DNA of 50,664 nucleotides from Girardia tigrina. Taxonomy: Eukaryota. The notes beneath the pieces were generated by a model. The model worked only from the letters and a program-made list of their open reading frames with translations. It had not been told where the DNA came from and made no database searches. The translations under genes were made by a program, and so were the position numbers. How positions within the stretch are numbered: position 1 is the first letter of the stretch; the number at the start of each line of letters is the position of its first letter. Below, piece after piece: positions 49,699 through 50,664 of this stretch. The stretch is from the NCBI GenBank assembly GCA_001938485.1, contig MQRK01223938.1, forward strand, positions 38,233 to 88,896. Direction: 5' to 3'.

Positions 49699-50172
49699 AA
49701 CTATATTAAACACTTTAAATAATAAATTTTGTTCAATTAATTTAACAATCCATAATCATAGTAGATTACCCTAAAACTACGCACAAAAACAAAACATAAA
49801 TGTATTATAACTTTTATTAAGAATATTTAGACAAGTCTCGTTTGAATTTTTATTACAATCACATTAAGAGTCATTAAGACTCTCAGAAAGTATTTCATCG
49901 TTTGTCATCATTTTAATTTGTTTTCTTATTTCTATTTTTAACCATGATTATTCGAACAATTTTTCTAAGTTATTTTTTTAAAATATTTAACTTTTAAAAA
50001 TTATTAATTAAAAATAATAATTTTTACCATTTCTCAATAAATCCCAAAATAATAAAAATTTTATCAAATTATTAAAAATGCATTTAATTTAAATTTTACT
50101 AAAAAAATATTAAACTTAATTTTAAATGTTAAATTAAAAAATATGAACTTATAAAATGATTATTTTAAATTA

Positions 50173-50664
50173 GGGAGCGACGATGTATCGTTTAACGATG
50201 AGTCGATGTATCGTTAACGATGCTTGTTTCGATGCATCGTTTTCGATGCATCGTTAACGATGCATCGCAACACGCATCGTTTACGATGCATCGAAATAGC
50301 CTTCATCGTTAAACGATGCATCGAAAGACTGCAGCGTTCACGATGCATCGAAAGACTACATCGTTAACGATGCATCGAAAGACGCATCGTTAACGATGCA
50401 TCGAAAAAACCTTCTTCGTTTATCGATGCATCGAAAGACTGCATCGTTAACGATGCATCGAAAGACTACATCGTTAACGATGCATCAAAACACGTATCGT
50501 TTACGATGTACCGAAAAGACTTTCATCGTTAAACGATGCATCGAAAGACTGCATCGTTAACGATGCATCGAAAGACTACATCGTTAATGATGCATCGAAA
50601 AACGCATCGTTTACGATGCATCGATAAAACTTTCATCGTTAAACGATGCATCGAAAGACTACAT
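50173..50664. repeat. Palindromic tandem array (cgatgcatcg / catcgttaacgatg units) with 110-bp higher-order period, truncated by the window end
   Basis: Register repeats at 50301, 50411, 50521 and 50631; begins GGGAGCG. Confidence 0.9.

Noticed and set aside
50173-50664. CRISPR-like array
   Set aside because: There are no unique spacers and no cas genes, and the context is eukaryotic; it is a tandem satellite-like array.

Overview
This is very AT-rich eukaryotic DNA. Composition, short introns and repeat families suggest an invertebrate, possibly a triclad flatworm, but that is inference only. The host gene is a minus-strand discoidin domain receptor (DDR)-like gene. Five phase-compatible exons were reconstructed: DS-like domain 21816-22352, stalk 11767-11808, transmembrane 1111-1352, and juxtamembrane 963-1041 and 563-663. 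The upstream discoidin exons and the kinase exons were not found in the window. The long introns are filled with mobile DNA: several Penelope-like element (PLE) fragments with four minimal hammerhead-ribozyme motifs, four mariner copies, two MULE elements, a Buster-type hAT, a Gypsy fragment, MITEs and tandem arrays. There are also decayed host-gene copies (ZFPL1, DLG5-like GUK domain, PKA catalytic subunit, PHD-bromodomain) and a possible negative-strand RNA virus L-gene relic. The most striking observation is a roughly 550-570 bp C2H2-zinc-finger-encoding insert found in two diverged versions at the same site, the YIGET codons of the GIY-YIG endonuclease, in two PLE copies. The intact copy has a 12-bp target duplication. 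All protein similarities were judged by eye from remembered sequences; no database search was run.
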